The position numbers were made by a program, and so were the translations under genes. A stretch of 64,000 nucleotides of DNA from a bacterium (GTDB taxonomy: Bacteria; Patescibacteriota; Minisyncoccia; Moranbacterales; UBA2206), in contig JAJYGF010000015.1 of the NCBI GenBank assembly GCA_021785125.1, positions 17,482 through 81,481 of the forward strand, in the 5' to 3' direction. Numbering within the stretch: position 1 is the first letter of the stretch; every line of letters begins with the position of its first letter. Below, in pieces: positions 36,154 through 45,893 of this stretch. Under the pieces are notes generated by a model. It did no database searches. It saw nothing but the letters and a program-made list of their open reading frames with translations, and was not told the DNA's origin.

Positions 36154-38130
36154 ATGCACCAGACATTCTATATCGACATAGACGAAGAGATAACCTCCAT
36201 AGTGGACAGATTGAGGAAGGCTAGAACCAAAGAGGCGGTTATTGTTGTTCCGAAAAGAGCCATGCTTATCCAAAGCATAGTCAATTTGAAATTGCTCAAA
36301 AAAGAAGCGGACGAACTTAAGAAAGAATTGATCATCGTGACGCAAGATAAGTTTGGCAAGCTCTTGATTGAAAAAGCGGGAATAACCGTGGAGCAGAATT
36401 TGGATGATATCGGAAGCGCGGAGATTTCCGCGGCGGAGACAAGAGAGGATGAAGGCGTGAAAGCTTTTATGGATATGCCGGAAAATTCTCGTGAGGAAAA
36501 AAATAAAAAACGCATGAGCGGCATAGGTTCGGACGGCTACTATCAAACTGACATTCCTGAAAATGTTGCGGGACACGGCGAATATATGGAAGAAGCGGCA
36601 CTCCGCAAGAAAGGCGCGACGGAAGAGAAGATCATCAACAAGGAATTGGTAACTGACGTATCGGAAGGCCTGAAAAAGCAGAAAGCGATTCTTGGTGGAA
36701 AATTCTTCCGTAAGGCTTCGATGGACATGATCCGCAATCTGGAAATCACGGAAAGTGACAATGTCGCAAAAGATCATCAAAACGAAGGATATTTGAAACC
36801 TAAAAAGAAACCTTCCAAGAGCAAAAGTTTTACGCGGGATAACTTTGAAGATCAAAAGGACATGGAAAAATCCATTGATCGCAAGAAGGTAAAAAATTTT
36901 TTCGAGAATAAGAAAAAAAATGATTATGGTGACGAGTATAAAAGCATCAACATAGGCAGGCGGGCGCGAAAATATTTCTTCATTTTCAGCTTGGTGGCCA
37001 GCATGGCTATTCTTGGCGCTCTGGCTTATCTTTTCTTGCCGAAAGCGACAGTGACCATTTTTGCCAAAAATGACATTCAGACTGTCGATGCTCAAATTCA
37101 AGGAGATGTGAATGAGCAGGCGGTGGATGCTGAAAAGAATATCATTCCGGCCAAGATTGTCACAGTTAGTCAGGAACTTTCCGAAACATACGCTACGACC
37201 GGAAAAAAAAGCGTCTCCAACCAAAAAGCCAGAGGAACCGTAACTTTGTATAACGAATTCAGTTCAAGCCCGCAAATATTGGTAGCTACGACGCGCATCC
37301 AGAGCAGTGGTGGGAAAATTTTCCGCCTGGTGAGCGGGGTTTCTGTTCCCGGGTATCAGGCGGACGGTGCCGGTGCCGTCAAGCCTGGCATTATCGAAGC
37401 CGAAGTGGTGGCTGACGAATCCGGCAGTGCGTACAATATCGGACCTGACAGTTTTACCATTCCCGGTTTTCAGGCTGACGGAACGCAAAAATATTCCAAA
37501 ATTTATGCCAAATCATCCAAGGCGATGTCCGGCGGCGGAGATGGCGATCAGGCCGCCAGTTCGGTGACGGATTCCGATATAAATGCGGCCAAGACCAAAA
37601 TAATGTCCGAGCTGATTCCTAAAGCGGAACAAAAATTGAAAGATATCGCCGGATCGAATTATATAATTCTGGACGATGCCGTAAATACGGATGATTCTAC
37701 TTTTACTCTTTCGAATTCTTCAGGCGATATCGCGAACAATTTGACTGTAGATGTCAAGACTAACGCTAAAGCCATCGCTTTTAAGAAAGACGATGTAAAT
37801 GGAATTTTGATGAATATGATAGCGCAAAAGAGCGGCAGAAAATTAAACATGTCGCAAAATTCTCTAAATGTGGAATTTGGAAAATCGGATGTGGATTTCA
37901 ATTCGGGCACGATCATCATCCGCGCCCATGGTTCGATAAACATGCTGCCGAATATCAATCTTACTGACTTGAAGAATGCTGTAGTCGGCAAGAGTGAGGA
38001 TGATTTAAAGGCTTATTTAAGCGCATATTCCGATATTGATCATATCGCGATTTCTTATTGGCCGTCTTTTCTGACCGGAAAAATGCCGACTTATGCCGAT
38101 AGAATAACGATTGTGCTTGACAATAATTGA
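36154..38130 (+). CDS. large bitopic hypothetical protein (cytoplasmic N-domain, one TM, ~380-aa extracytoplasmic domain)
   Basis: 659 aa from ATG 36154; TM YFFIFSLVASMAILGALAYLFL; long antisense ORF 36136..37224 rejected. Confidence 0.55.
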   Translation: MHQTFYIDIDEEITSIVDRLRKARTKEAVIVVPKRAMLIQSIVNLKLLKKEADELKKELIIVTQDKFGKLLIEKAGITVEQNLDDIGSAEISAAETREDEGVKAFMDMPENSREEKNKKRMSGIGSDGYYQTDIPENVAGHGEYMEEAALRKKGATEEKIINKELVTDVSEGLKKQKAILGGKFFRKASMDMIRNLEITESDNVAKDHQNEGYLKPKKKPSKSKSFTRDNFEDQKDMEKSIDRKKVKNFFENKKKNDYGDEYKSINIGRRARKYFFIFSLVASMAILGALAYLFLPKATVTIFAKNDIQTVDAQIQGDVNEQAVDAEKNIIPAKIVTVSQELSETYATTGKKSVSNQKARGTVTLYNEFSSSPQILVATTRIQSSGGKIFRLVSGVSVPGYQADGAGAVKPGIIEAEVVADESGSAYNIGPDSFTIPGFQADGTQKYSKIYAKSSKAMSGGGDGDQAASSVTDSDINAAKTKIMSELIPKAEQKLKDIAGSNYIILDDAVNTDDSTFTLSNSSGDIANNLTVDVKTNAKAIAFKKDDVNGILMNMIAQKSGRKLNMSQNSLNVEFGKSDVDFNSGTIIIRAHGSINMLPNINLTDLKNAVVGKSEDDLKAYLSAYSDIDHIAISYWPSFLTGKMPTYADRITIVLDNN

Positions 38131-38299
38131 ATATCCGGTTAGTATGGATAAAGATATTGGAAAACATACAAATTTTTCGAATAGAGGGAATGTCGGCCGT
38201 GAAGCATGAACTTGGATTGATTTCTATTCCTGAGGCAGTTTCATTGTCCTCGGAATGATCTCCGTCTATTTTTTTGTTTGTGCGTTTCAAAATGTTCAT

Positions 38300-38524
38300 A
38301 TGGAAAAAAACAATAAAGAATTGGTCAAGCTCGAAGGCATAGTCGAAGAAACATTGCCCAGCACGACTTTCAAGGTCAAGCTGGACAATGGCCATGTAGT
38401 GTTAGCGCATATTTCGGGTAGGATGAGGGTAAATTATATACGTCTTCTTCCGGGAGACAGGGTGCTTATCGAGATGAGTCCGTATGATTTGACCAAGGGA
38501 AGAATAATTCAAAGATTAAAATAA
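38300..38524 (+). CDS. infA: translation initiation factor IF-1
   Basis: [41 protein letters not shown]... Confidence 0.9.
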   Translation: MEKNNKELVKLEGIVEETLPSTTFKVKLDNGHVVLAHISGRMRVNYIRLLPGDRVLIEMSPYDLTKGRIIQRLK

Positions 38525-38637
38525 TGAAAGTAAGAGCGTCAGTTAAAAAAATTTGCGATAAATGCAAACTTGTCAAGCGAAACGGAAAACTTTTCGTGAT
38601 TTGTGTCGTTCCAAAGCACAAACAGAGACAAGGATGA
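38524..38637 (+). CDS. rpmJ: 50S ribosomal protein L36 (not in ORF track, 37 aa)
   Basis: [37 protein letters not shown]; TAATG overlap with infA stop. Confidence 0.9.
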   Translation: MKVRASVKKICDKCKLVKRNGKLFVICVVPKHKQRQG

Positions 38638-38680
38638 TTCAAATGATTTAAAATTTCAGGATTAAAATTTTACAAATCGT

Positions 38681-39067
38681 ATGTTGAGAATAGCCGGGGT
38701 AAATCTGCCCGATGAAAAGAGAATAGAAGTTGCCTTAACCTATATTTATGGCATAGGATCCGGCACTGCGTCCGAAATTTTGGAAGAGCTGTCTATTTCC
38801 AAACAGGTCAGGACCAAAGATCTGTCCGATATCGAAGGAAACAAGATACGCGATTATGTGGAAAAAAAGGTGCGAGTCGAGGGAGAACTCAAGCATGAGA
38901 TAAGATCCAATATCAAGCGGTTGAAAGAAATCGGATGCTATCGCGGAATCAGACATCAAAAAGGCTTGCCGGTTCGCGGCCAAAGGACCAAGACCAACAA
39001 TCGTACGGTTCGCGGCAATGTCAGAAGGACAATGGGAAGCGGACGTGTCAAGACTGAAAAAACTTAA
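38681..39067 (+). CDS. rpsM: 30S ribosomal protein S13
   Basis: [26 protein letters not shown]... Confidence 0.95.
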   Translation: MLRIAGVNLPDEKRIEVALTYIYGIGSGTASEILEELSISKQVRTKDLSDIEGNKIRDYVEKKVRVEGELKHEIRSNIKRLKEIGCYRGIRHQKGLPVRGQRTKTNNRTVRGNVRRTMGSGRVKTEKT

Positions 39068-39171
39068 AGATGATGTATTTGCGGATCAACACCGATTTTA
39101 CGATGTCCGGGATGCGGGGATGCGGATGCTGAAGAATAAATCAAGGGTTAATTTAGGGATTTATAACAATC

Positions 39172-39657
39172 ATGACTGAAGAAAAAGTTACAACAAATTC
39201 AGAGGAGTCGGGAAAGGCTGAAGGAGCCGTTGTTTTGGAAACCGGGGTTGCCGAAGTGAAAGCTGAAACCGTTTCTGAAGCCAAGAAGAAAACCAAAAAG
39301 CCAAAAAGACAGATCATAAAAGGGCGCGCAACGGTGAAATGCACATATAACAATACGATTGTCAGCATCGCCGATACTAACGGCGCGGTTCTTGGCTGGG
39401 CTTCATCCGGAATGATGGGCTTTAAAGGCGCGAAAAAGGCCACTCCTTATGCGGCCACTCAAGTTGTGTCCAGTGTCGCGGAAAAAGTGAAGAAATTCGG
39501 ACTACAGGAATTGGATGTTTTTATGAAGGGCGTGGGAAGCGGCAGAGAGGCTTCTATTCGCGCTTTATCAAATAATGGTTTTGAATTACTTTCAATCAAA
39601 GACATAACTCCAATTCCGCATAACGGATGCCGTCCTAAAAAACCGAGAAGGGTATAA
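39172..39657 (+). CDS. rpsK: 30S ribosomal protein S11 (with N-terminal extension)
   Basis: ATVKCTYNNTIVSIADTNGAVLGWASSG... Confidence 0.95.
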   Translation: MTEEKVTTNSEESGKAEGAVVLETGVAEVKAETVSEAKKKTKKPKRQIIKGRATVKCTYNNTIVSIADTNGAVLGWASSGMMGFKGAKKATPYAATQVVSSVAEKVKKFGLQELDVFMKGVGSGREASIRALSNNGFELLSIKDITPIPHNGCRPKKPRRV

Positions 39658-39696
39658 CATTAATTTATAATTTTAAATTTAATTCTTTGGAATATT

Positions 39697-40323
39697 ATGG
39701 CTAGAGATACCGAGGCAAAATGTAGAAAGTGCAGAAGAGCCGGAGAAAAGCTTTTTCTCAAGGGCGATCGTTGCGGCTCCGCAAAATGCGGCATTGTTAA
39801 ACGCGCTTACGCTCCCGGAGCACATGGCAAAAAGATGTCTCGCGGCCAAAGCGAATATGGAATCCAGTTGTCTGCCAAGCAGAAGATCAAAAGGATTTAT
39901 GGAATTTTGGAGAAGCAGTTCAGGAGACATTTCGAAGAAATCGCCCACAAGCACGGAATTGCTGGCGATCTGCTTTTGGGCAGATTGGAAATGAGATTGG
40001 ACAATGTTGTTTATCGGGCCGGATTCGCAAGTTCCCGCAATCAAGCGAGACAATTGACAAATCATGGGTTGATAAAGGTTAATGGGCGGAAGGTGACTAT
40101 TCCTTCGTGTGAGATCAAGTTGGGGGATGTCGTGTCTATAAATAAGGCCGATAAGAGATATTTCAAGAATATAGAGCAAACGATAAAGAATAAAAAAGAT
40201 TTTCCGAGCTGGATCAGTTTTGATGCCGGCAAGATGGAAGCCAAGATAACCAACATTCCGTCCAGGGATGAGATCGGAATCAATGTGGACGCGCAAGTGG
40301 TAGTTGAATATTATTCGCGATAA
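39697..40323 (+). CDS. rpsD: 30S ribosomal protein S4
   Basis: CRKCRRAGEKLFLKGDRCGSAKC zinc-binding N-terminus, S4 domain. Confidence 0.95.
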   Translation: MARDTEAKCRKCRRAGEKLFLKGDRCGSAKCGIVKRAYAPGAHGKKMSRGQSEYGIQLSAKQKIKRIYGILEKQFRRHFEEIAHKHGIAGDLLLGRLEMRLDNVVYRAGFASSRNQARQLTNHGLIKVNGRKVTIPSCEIKLGDVVSINKADKRYFKNIEQTIKNKKDFPSWISFDAGKMEAKITNIPSRDEIGINVDAQVVVEYYSR

Positions 40324-40385
40324 TGATTTTCTTATTTAAATAATAACTAATCCTCCGCCCACGCGGAGAAGATAAGTCAAAAACT

Positions 40386-41366
40386 ATGCAGTCAATAACG
40401 CTCCCTCAAAAGCCGAAATTTACCGCTATCGATGGCAAGAACGGCAAATTTGAAATCGAAGGATGTTATCCGGGATACGGAACCACCTTGGGCAATGCCT
40501 TAAGAAGGGTCTTGCTGTCTTCATTGTCCGGTTCCGCAGTTACGGCGGTCAAAATCAAAGGAGTTACGCATGAATTTTCAACTATTCCAAATGTGCTGGA
40601 AGATGCCATTCAGATCATCTTGAACTTGAAACAGGTCAGATTCAAATCATATAAAGACGAGCCCGTGAAAGTCATATTGAAAGCCAAAGGCGAGAAGATC
40701 ATTACAGCCGGCATGATAGAATGTCCGGCAGATGTGGAAGTGGTCACTAAAGACGCCCATATCGCAACTATCACTAACGCCAAGGGCGAGCTCGAGATGG
40801 AACTGGAAATTCGAAACGGCATAGGATATGTCCCTGTCGAGCAGCAGGAGAGAGATGAGAAGGAAATCGGCATAATTGCCGTGGATGCGATTTATACGCC
40901 TGTCAGAAGAGTGAATTATAACGTGGAAAACATGCGTGTCGGAAAGAAAACCGATTATGAAAGAATAACTTTGGAAATTTCGACCGATGGAAGCATCGCT
41001 CCGAAAGACGCTTTCGGCAAAGCGGTGAGCATCTTAATCGATCAATTCTCGACTTTATCGACTTTCGAAGTTGCCAAGACTGAAGAAGAGACAGTGGTGG
41101 CCGAACCGGAAATCGATGAAGCGGAAAAGGAGGAAAAGACGAAAGAAATGAAGGAAGACCCGAAAAAGATCGAAGTGATTTCGTTGAAAGGACTTTCTAC
41201 CAGGACATTGAACGTGTTGGAAAAAAATAATATTGTCAACGTAGGACAAATCATGAAAATGACTGAAGGCGGCTTGTCGGAGCTGGAGGGCATGGGAGCC
41301 AAGGGCGTAAAGGAAGTGAAAAAGGCGATCGGCGAATATGGGGTTAATCTGAAACAAGAAAAATAA
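40386..41366 (+). CDS. rpoA: DNA-directed RNA polymerase subunit alpha
   Basis: GYGTTLGNALRRVLLSSL, 326 aa with alpha-CTD. Confidence 0.95.
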   Translation: MQSITLPQKPKFTAIDGKNGKFEIEGCYPGYGTTLGNALRRVLLSSLSGSAVTAVKIKGVTHEFSTIPNVLEDAIQIILNLKQVRFKSYKDEPVKVILKAKGEKIITAGMIECPADVEVVTKDAHIATITNAKGELEMELEIRNGIGYVPVEQQERDEKEIGIIAVDAIYTPVRRVNYNVENMRVGKKTDYERITLEISTDGSIAPKDAFGKAVSILIDQFSTLSTFEVAKTEEETVVAEPEIDEAEKEEKTKEMKEDPKKIEVISLKGLSTRTLNVLEKNNIVNVGQIMKMTEGGLSELEGMGAKGVKEVKKAIGEYGVNLKQEK

Positions 41367-41375
41367 AGAATATTT

Positions 41376-41741
41376 ATGAAGCATTTGCAACAAGGCAGAA
41401 AATTAGGCCGGACTAGGAATCAAAGGAAGGCATTGAAAAAAACTCTTTTAGGCAGTTTGATCATGCATGAAAAAATAAAGACAACGGAGGCTAAAGCCAA
41501 AGAAATCAAGCCATTGATCGACAAGATCATCAATAAGGCCAAGCGGTCCGCAATCGAGACTAAGAAGGCGGCTGTCATAAGGGATTTGATGGCTGAAATT
41601 CCAGCTATGGCCGTAAAAAAGATTACCGGAGGTTTTTTGGATAAATTTTCCGGTCGAAAGAGCGGATATGCCAGAATAATCAAGTTGGCTCCGAGAAAAG
41701 GGGACGCGGCTAAAATCGTAATTATAGAATTCGTAGACTAA
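41376..41741 (+). CDS. rplQ: 50S ribosomal protein L17
   Basis: MKHLQQGRKLGRTRNQRKAL... Confidence 0.9.
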   Translation: MKHLQQGRKLGRTRNQRKALKKTLLGSLIMHEKIKTTEAKAKEIKPLIDKIINKAKRSAIETKKAAVIRDLMAEIPAMAVKKITGGFLDKFSGRKSGYARIIKLAPRKGDAAKIVIIEFVD

Positions 41742-41832
41742 AACCCCACACAATTGTGGGAATTAAGAATAATAAAGAAAGCCTATATCAGTTCAAGATT
41801 TAATTAGAGAGAATTGGTGTGGGGGTAAAACT

Positions 41833-42240
41833 ATGGCAAAAGGAAAGCAATCAATCCAGAGAAAATATCACCTATTCGACGCGCAAGGTAAAATCTTGGG
41901 AAGGATGGCGACTGAAATCGCTTTTATCCTGCGCGGAAAAGGCAAAGTTGATTTTGCTCCGAACATTGATGCGGGAGATTTCGTCGTGGTTGTCAACGCT
42001 GATCTTGTTGAAGTGACCGGGAACAAAAAAGATGGAAAGATCTACAATCATTTCAGCGGTTATCCGGGAGGCGTCAGTTCAATCTCTTTCAAAGATCAGA
42101 TTAAAAAAGATTCGCGCAAGGTCGTTTCATCGGCGGTTTTCGGGATGCTCGGCAAAAACAAACTGCGGGACAAGATGATGGGAAGGCTCCTTGTCTATAA
42201 AAATGTTGAACATAAACATAAGATAGACGTAACACATTAA
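41833..42240 (+). CDS. rplM: 50S ribosomal protein L13
   Basis: KYHLFDAQGKILGRMATEIAFILRGK... Confidence 0.9.
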   Translation: MAKGKQSIQRKYHLFDAQGKILGRMATEIAFILRGKGKVDFAPNIDAGDFVVVVNADLVEVTGNKKDGKIYNHFSGYPGGVSSISFKDQIKKDSRKVVSSAVFGMLGKNKLRDKMMGRLLVYKNVEHKHKIDVTH

Positions 42241-42272
42241 TTTTAAAATTTAGAATTTTAAATTTCCATAAT

Positions 42273-42776
42273 ATGGCGATTAAAAGTACAACTAAAACAA
42301 CAAAGGCAAAAATTCCTGCCAAGGGAGCGAAGCCTGCAAAAGAGACGAAGGCTAAAGAAACGAAAGTCAAAGAAATTTCTGGAAAATATTTTTATGCTGT
42401 CGGCAAAAGAAAGACCTCCGTGGCTCAAATCCGGCTTTATGAAGCCGGAAAAGCCAGCCAAGGAATAATTGTGAACGGCAAGCCGAGCAATGAATACTTT
42501 ACTATCGAACGGATGAATAATGATGTTAAATCTCCTTTGGCCGGAACCGGCCTGGAAGAAAAATTCGATGTCATGATCAAGGTAAGTGGCGGAGGAATCA
42601 CTGGACAAGCCGAAGCTGCGAGATTGGGCGTAGCTAGAGCGTTGGTGCTGTTCGATGAGACCCTGAAAAAAGCTTTGAAAGATCTTGGGTATCTGACTCG
42701 TGATGCGAGAGTGGTGGAAAGAAAGAAGCCTGGATTTCGCAAAGCGCGCCGCAGTCCGCAGTGGGCGAAGCGCTAG
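42273..42776 (+). CDS. rpsI: 30S ribosomal protein S9 (Lys/Ala-rich N-terminal extension)
   Basis: YFYAVGKRKTSVAQIRL...ARRSPQWAKR. Confidence 0.9.
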   Translation: MAIKSTTKTTKAKIPAKGAKPAKETKAKETKVKEISGKYFYAVGKRKTSVAQIRLYEAGKASQGIIVNGKPSNEYFTIERMNNDVKSPLAGTGLEEKFDVMIKVSGGGITGQAEAARLGVARALVLFDETLKKALKDLGYLTRDARVVERKKPGFRKARRSPQWAKR

Positions 42777-42817
42777 ACTTGCTCCACAGCCCAGTTTCAA
42801 TATTAGGCTTACAAAGG

Positions 42818-42852
42818 AAGCGCTCACAATATGTGGGTGCTTTTTTTAATTT
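42818..42852 (+). terminator. candidate terminator (AGCGCTCAC..GTGGGTGCT with G-U pairs + T7)
   Basis: hairpin followed by TTTTTTT at ~42844-42850. Confidence 0.4.
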
Positions 42853-43168
42853 TGACACAGAAGCGAAGGGACGACGCTGCGATCCTATGTCGGGGTGAAT
42901 GTCGAGCAGGCGAAAGTCAGCCATCAGAAGATCTTCGGAAGTGTGCAGTAGTCGGTTTCTGTTATTAGTTGAATTAAAGCAGAAAAATGGCTTGTTTCAG
43001 GCAAATTTTACTTATTACGTTTAATATATAATATAATTCCTAAAAAGGCTAAAAATAGCATTTTTACGATATATATGCAATATCTGGAATTAAAGCAATA
43101 ATTAAAGGATTTTTTTGGTGATTTCTTTGGATGATATTAAAAAGATTGACCCTTAGACGGCAGGATAG

Positions 43169-43197
43169 AAACCACCAGCGGACCAGCTGGTGGTTTT
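43169..43197. terminator. bidirectional terminator AAACCACCAGC-GGACCA-GCTGGTGGTTT flanked by A- and T-tracts
   Basis: 11-bp perfect stem; lies 32 nt beyond stop of minus-strand gene 43229..44734. Confidence 0.55.
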
Positions 43198-43228
43198 CAT
43201 TCATTTCTGAAGTAAGATATACTTATCT

Positions 43229-44734
43229 CTATCCTCCTGGAGGCGTGTAGATCCCCAAGATCGGAGTTGGCTCCGGAAAGACGATTGAATACAGGCTGGC
43301 GGAAGAATTTTTGTTGTCTGTAAAGTACAATCTTCCTTGTGCCGAATCATATACGGCAAATGGAGCACTTACGGCTGTCTGAATAAGATTCATGCAGTTC
43401 CGGTGGTCGCGAGGATCAAGTTCTATGATTTTCATCTGGGAACCTGTTGAAAAGATAATATGCTCGTAATCTTTGAACCACTGGACGTTTTTGATCCGAT
43501 CCGAGTATCTTGTGATATCTTCAATTGAATTTTCCGTTCGCGTCGGAGCAACGTTCCAATCGCGCAAATAGTAGACACTGATTTCATTGTCGGTCCAAAA
43601 GAGCAGTTTTTTGCCGTCATTGGAAAATTGCATGCCGTCGATGTCGGAGGCTAGTTTTTTGAAATATGTTCCGTGCTCGCCTAAATTATAAATATAAAGA
43701 TTCTTATTCTGATTCAAGAAAGCTATGCGCGAATCGTCGTATACAACCAGGCGAGAATTGGGAGAAGTCAGGTTCTCCGGAAAGTTAGCGGTTAATTGGG
43801 TCGGCGTGCCGGATCCGTCCAGATTTGCCTTAAACACCAATTCGTTGGGCATCTGGGAATAATAGACATTCGTCCTTGAAAGATCGAAGCTGGATACATT
43901 TTGGGCGATTTCTTTTATGTCGGAAGCGTTATTTATGTCGGCTCGGAAAAGATTGTTCTGGCTTAGAAAAAAAAGATAGTTTTTGTTTTGCGGGTCCCAG
44001 CGCACATAGCGAATGTCGTCTTTTTGAAGGAAGTCATTCAGATTGAAGCTGGTATTGGCAGATGGATTTAGGATGAAATAGGCGTATTGGACCGTCTTGG
44101 CGACAATCTGCTTGGAACCGGTATTTGACACGGTTTTTTCAACCGGCACGGAAACATAATCTTCGTTTGGCGACCATTCTATGTTTTCTTTGCGCGCCTC
44201 ATCAATGAAATTCCATCCATTGAAATTGAAGCTGTTCGCGATTTGTTTATTCCCGATGTTTAAAATGCTGACGGATAATCCTGAATCTGAATTCCGGGTA
44301 TAAATGATGTAGCGATTCTTCGGGGAGATGTAAAATTTATCTATGCCGTCCGCATTGTAATCCGTCCTGGCATAGTTGTTCTTGACCAAAAGAACGTTCC
44401 AAAATTCGCTTGCCAATCCGCTATGCACTTCGGTTTTTTTGGTCCAGGTCTGATATCCGTCCGCGCTGACGGACAGATCATAATTGCCCGGCATCAGACC
44501 CGACAGGTTATAAGAATTGTTGATATGATTCAGCGATCCGGATTTGTTTAGTTTTCCATTCAGAGTTATGTCGATGTTTTGCGGATTGGACTTGATCGAT
44601 ATTGTTCCGCTATGCACGAGAATGCCCCGCTGGAAATCAAAACGATAGCCTTGGGCGTATAGGACCATTGCCGGTGCTGCAAATATGAATATTATCACCA
44701 TGGTCCAAAAAAATAGGACCCTTCCTTGCTTCAT
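43229..44734 (-). CDS. membrane-anchored PEGA-domain + beta-propeller (TolB/WD40-like) protein
   Basis: N-terminal TM, PEGA-like ISIKSNPQNIDITLNGK...GNYDLSVSADGYQTW, then repetitive beta-strand-rich segments. Confidence 0.55.
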   Translation of the reverse strand: MKQGRVLFFWTMVIIFIFAAPAMVLYAQGYRFDFQRGILVHSGTISIKSNPQNIDITLNGKLNKSGSLNHINNSYNLSGLMPGNYDLSVSADGYQTWTKKTEVHSGLASEFWNVLLVKNNYARTDYNADGIDKFYISPKNRYIIYTRNSDSGLSVSILNIGNKQIANSFNFNGWNFIDEARKENIEWSPNEDYVSVPVEKTVSNTGSKQIVAKTVQYAYFILNPSANTSFNLNDFLQKDDIRYVRWDPQNKNYLFFLSQNNLFRADINNASDIKEIAQNVSSFDLSRTNVYYSQMPNELVFKANLDGSGTPTQLTANFPENLTSPNSRLVVYDDSRIAFLNQNKNLYIYNLGEHGTYFKKLASDIDGMQFSNDGKKLLFWTDNEISVYYLRDWNVAPTRTENSIEDITRYSDRIKNVQWFKDYEHIIFSTGSQMKIIELDPRDHRNCMNLIQTAVSAPFAVYDSAQGRLYFTDNKNSSASLYSIVFPEPTPILGIYTPPGG

Positions 44735-44824
44735 TATTGAATTTTTTCGTTTTTAATCAGGAAATCCCGAAATGCGGATGCCAGTTTATATAGTAGACTT
44801 TTTACCTTGAATTGTCCAGCCGCA

Positions 44825-44853
44825 TTGACATAAAACGCGCCAGACTGTATACT
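44825..44853 (+). promoter_or_regulatory. sigma70-like promoter TTGACA-17-TATACT
   Basis: 30 nt upstream of rplU ATG. Confidence 0.6.
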
Positions 44854-44882
44854 GATTCAAGTAATAATTCAGTCATTTATTT

Positions 44883-45191
44883 ATGTTAGCGATCATAAAA
44901 ACAGGCGGGAAACAGTATAAGGTGAAAACCGGAGACAAAATCAAGGTGGAAAAATTGGAAGGTGAGGCCGGCGATATCGTGAAATTCGACGAAGTTTTTT
45001 TCATCGGTGATGAAAAAGATGTGAAGATCGGCGATCCGGTCGTGAAAGGCGCGACGGTCGAAGGCAAGATCGTCAAGACCGGAAAAGGCGACAAAGTGGT
45101 CGGCATCAAGCACAAGCCTAAAAAGAGATATTTGGTCAAATTCGGACACAGGCAGACTATGACCGAAGTGGAAATTACCAGGATTGCATAA
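44883..45191 (+). CDS. rplU: 50S ribosomal protein L21
   Basis: MLAIIKTGGKQYKVKTGDKIKVEKL... Confidence 0.9.
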   Translation: MLAIIKTGGKQYKVKTGDKIKVEKLEGEAGDIVKFDEVFFIGDEKDVKIGDPVVKGATVEGKIVKTGKGDKVVGIKHKPKKRYLVKFGHRQTMTEVEITRIA

Positions 45192-45244
45192 CTCAAAAAT
45201 ATTCTTAAAATATTCCTGTATGGGAGTATTTTATTTTGTCTGAA

Positions 45245-45826
45245 CTACTTTCTGTTTAAAATCGCTGATCCCAATGTCAGCTCGTCGGCGTATTCGATAT
45301 CTCCTCCAGTCGATAATCCGCGAGCTAATCGGGTCACGTTGGCCTGGTATGGCTTCAGGGCTCTGGCGACATATAACGCTGTCGCATCGCCTTCGGTGGT
45401 CGGATTGGTGGCCAGGATCACTTCTGAAATGCCATCATTCTTCACGCGGGTTTCCAGCTCGCTTATTTTCAGTTTGTCATTGCTTGAAACCGGCTCGATC
45501 ACTCCGCCCAAAACATGGTAAAGGCCGTTGAATTTTCTGGTCTTTTCAATAGCGAAAATATCCAGTGGCTCTTCGACGACGCAGACGGTTTTTTGGTCGC
45601 GGGACGGATCGGAACAGATCGAACAGATTTCGCCCTCGCTGATATTGAAACATTTCTTGCAGTATTTCAAATTTGTTTTCAGTTCTCCCAAAGTTTGCGC
45701 AAAATCCTGGATCTTTTCCGAATTCTGCTTGAAAAGATATATGACCAGGCGCTCGGCCATCTTGGGTCCGACCGATGGCAGGGAAGCGAAATGATCGATC
45801 AATTTTTTGAAAGTTTTGGGATACAT
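45245..45826 (-). CDS. recR: recombination protein RecR
   Basis: HhH SLPSVGPKMAERL, C4 zinc finger CKKCFNISEGEICSIC, Toprim domain. Confidence 0.9.
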   Translation of the reverse strand: MYPKTFKKLIDHFASLPSVGPKMAERLVIYLFKQNSEKIQDFAQTLGELKTNLKYCKKCFNISEGEICSICSDPSRDQKTVCVVEEPLDIFAIEKTRKFNGLYHVLGGVIEPVSSNDKLKISELETRVKNDGISEVILATNPTTEGDATALYVARALKPYQANVTRLARGLSTGGDIEYADELTLGSAILNRK

Positions 45827-45893
45827 CGATTAGAATTTTTAATTTCCAATTTTTAATTTTTAAATAATTTCTAATGTTTAAAAATTATAAAAT

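Noticed and set aside
36136-37224. 362-aa minus-strand ORF opposite the 659-aa gene
   Set aside because: It has F/L/R-rich low-complexity composition typical of the antisense of a Lys/Glu-rich coding region. The plus-strand ORF is longer, has an RBS context and a coherent domain layout.
42860-42960. Possible small SRP (4.5S) RNA in the GC-rich block after rpsI
   Set aside because: A GGAA tetraloop is present, but the conserved helix-8 sequence (AGGUCCGGAAGGAAGCAGC) is not matched. It is kept only as an unexplained GC-rich block.
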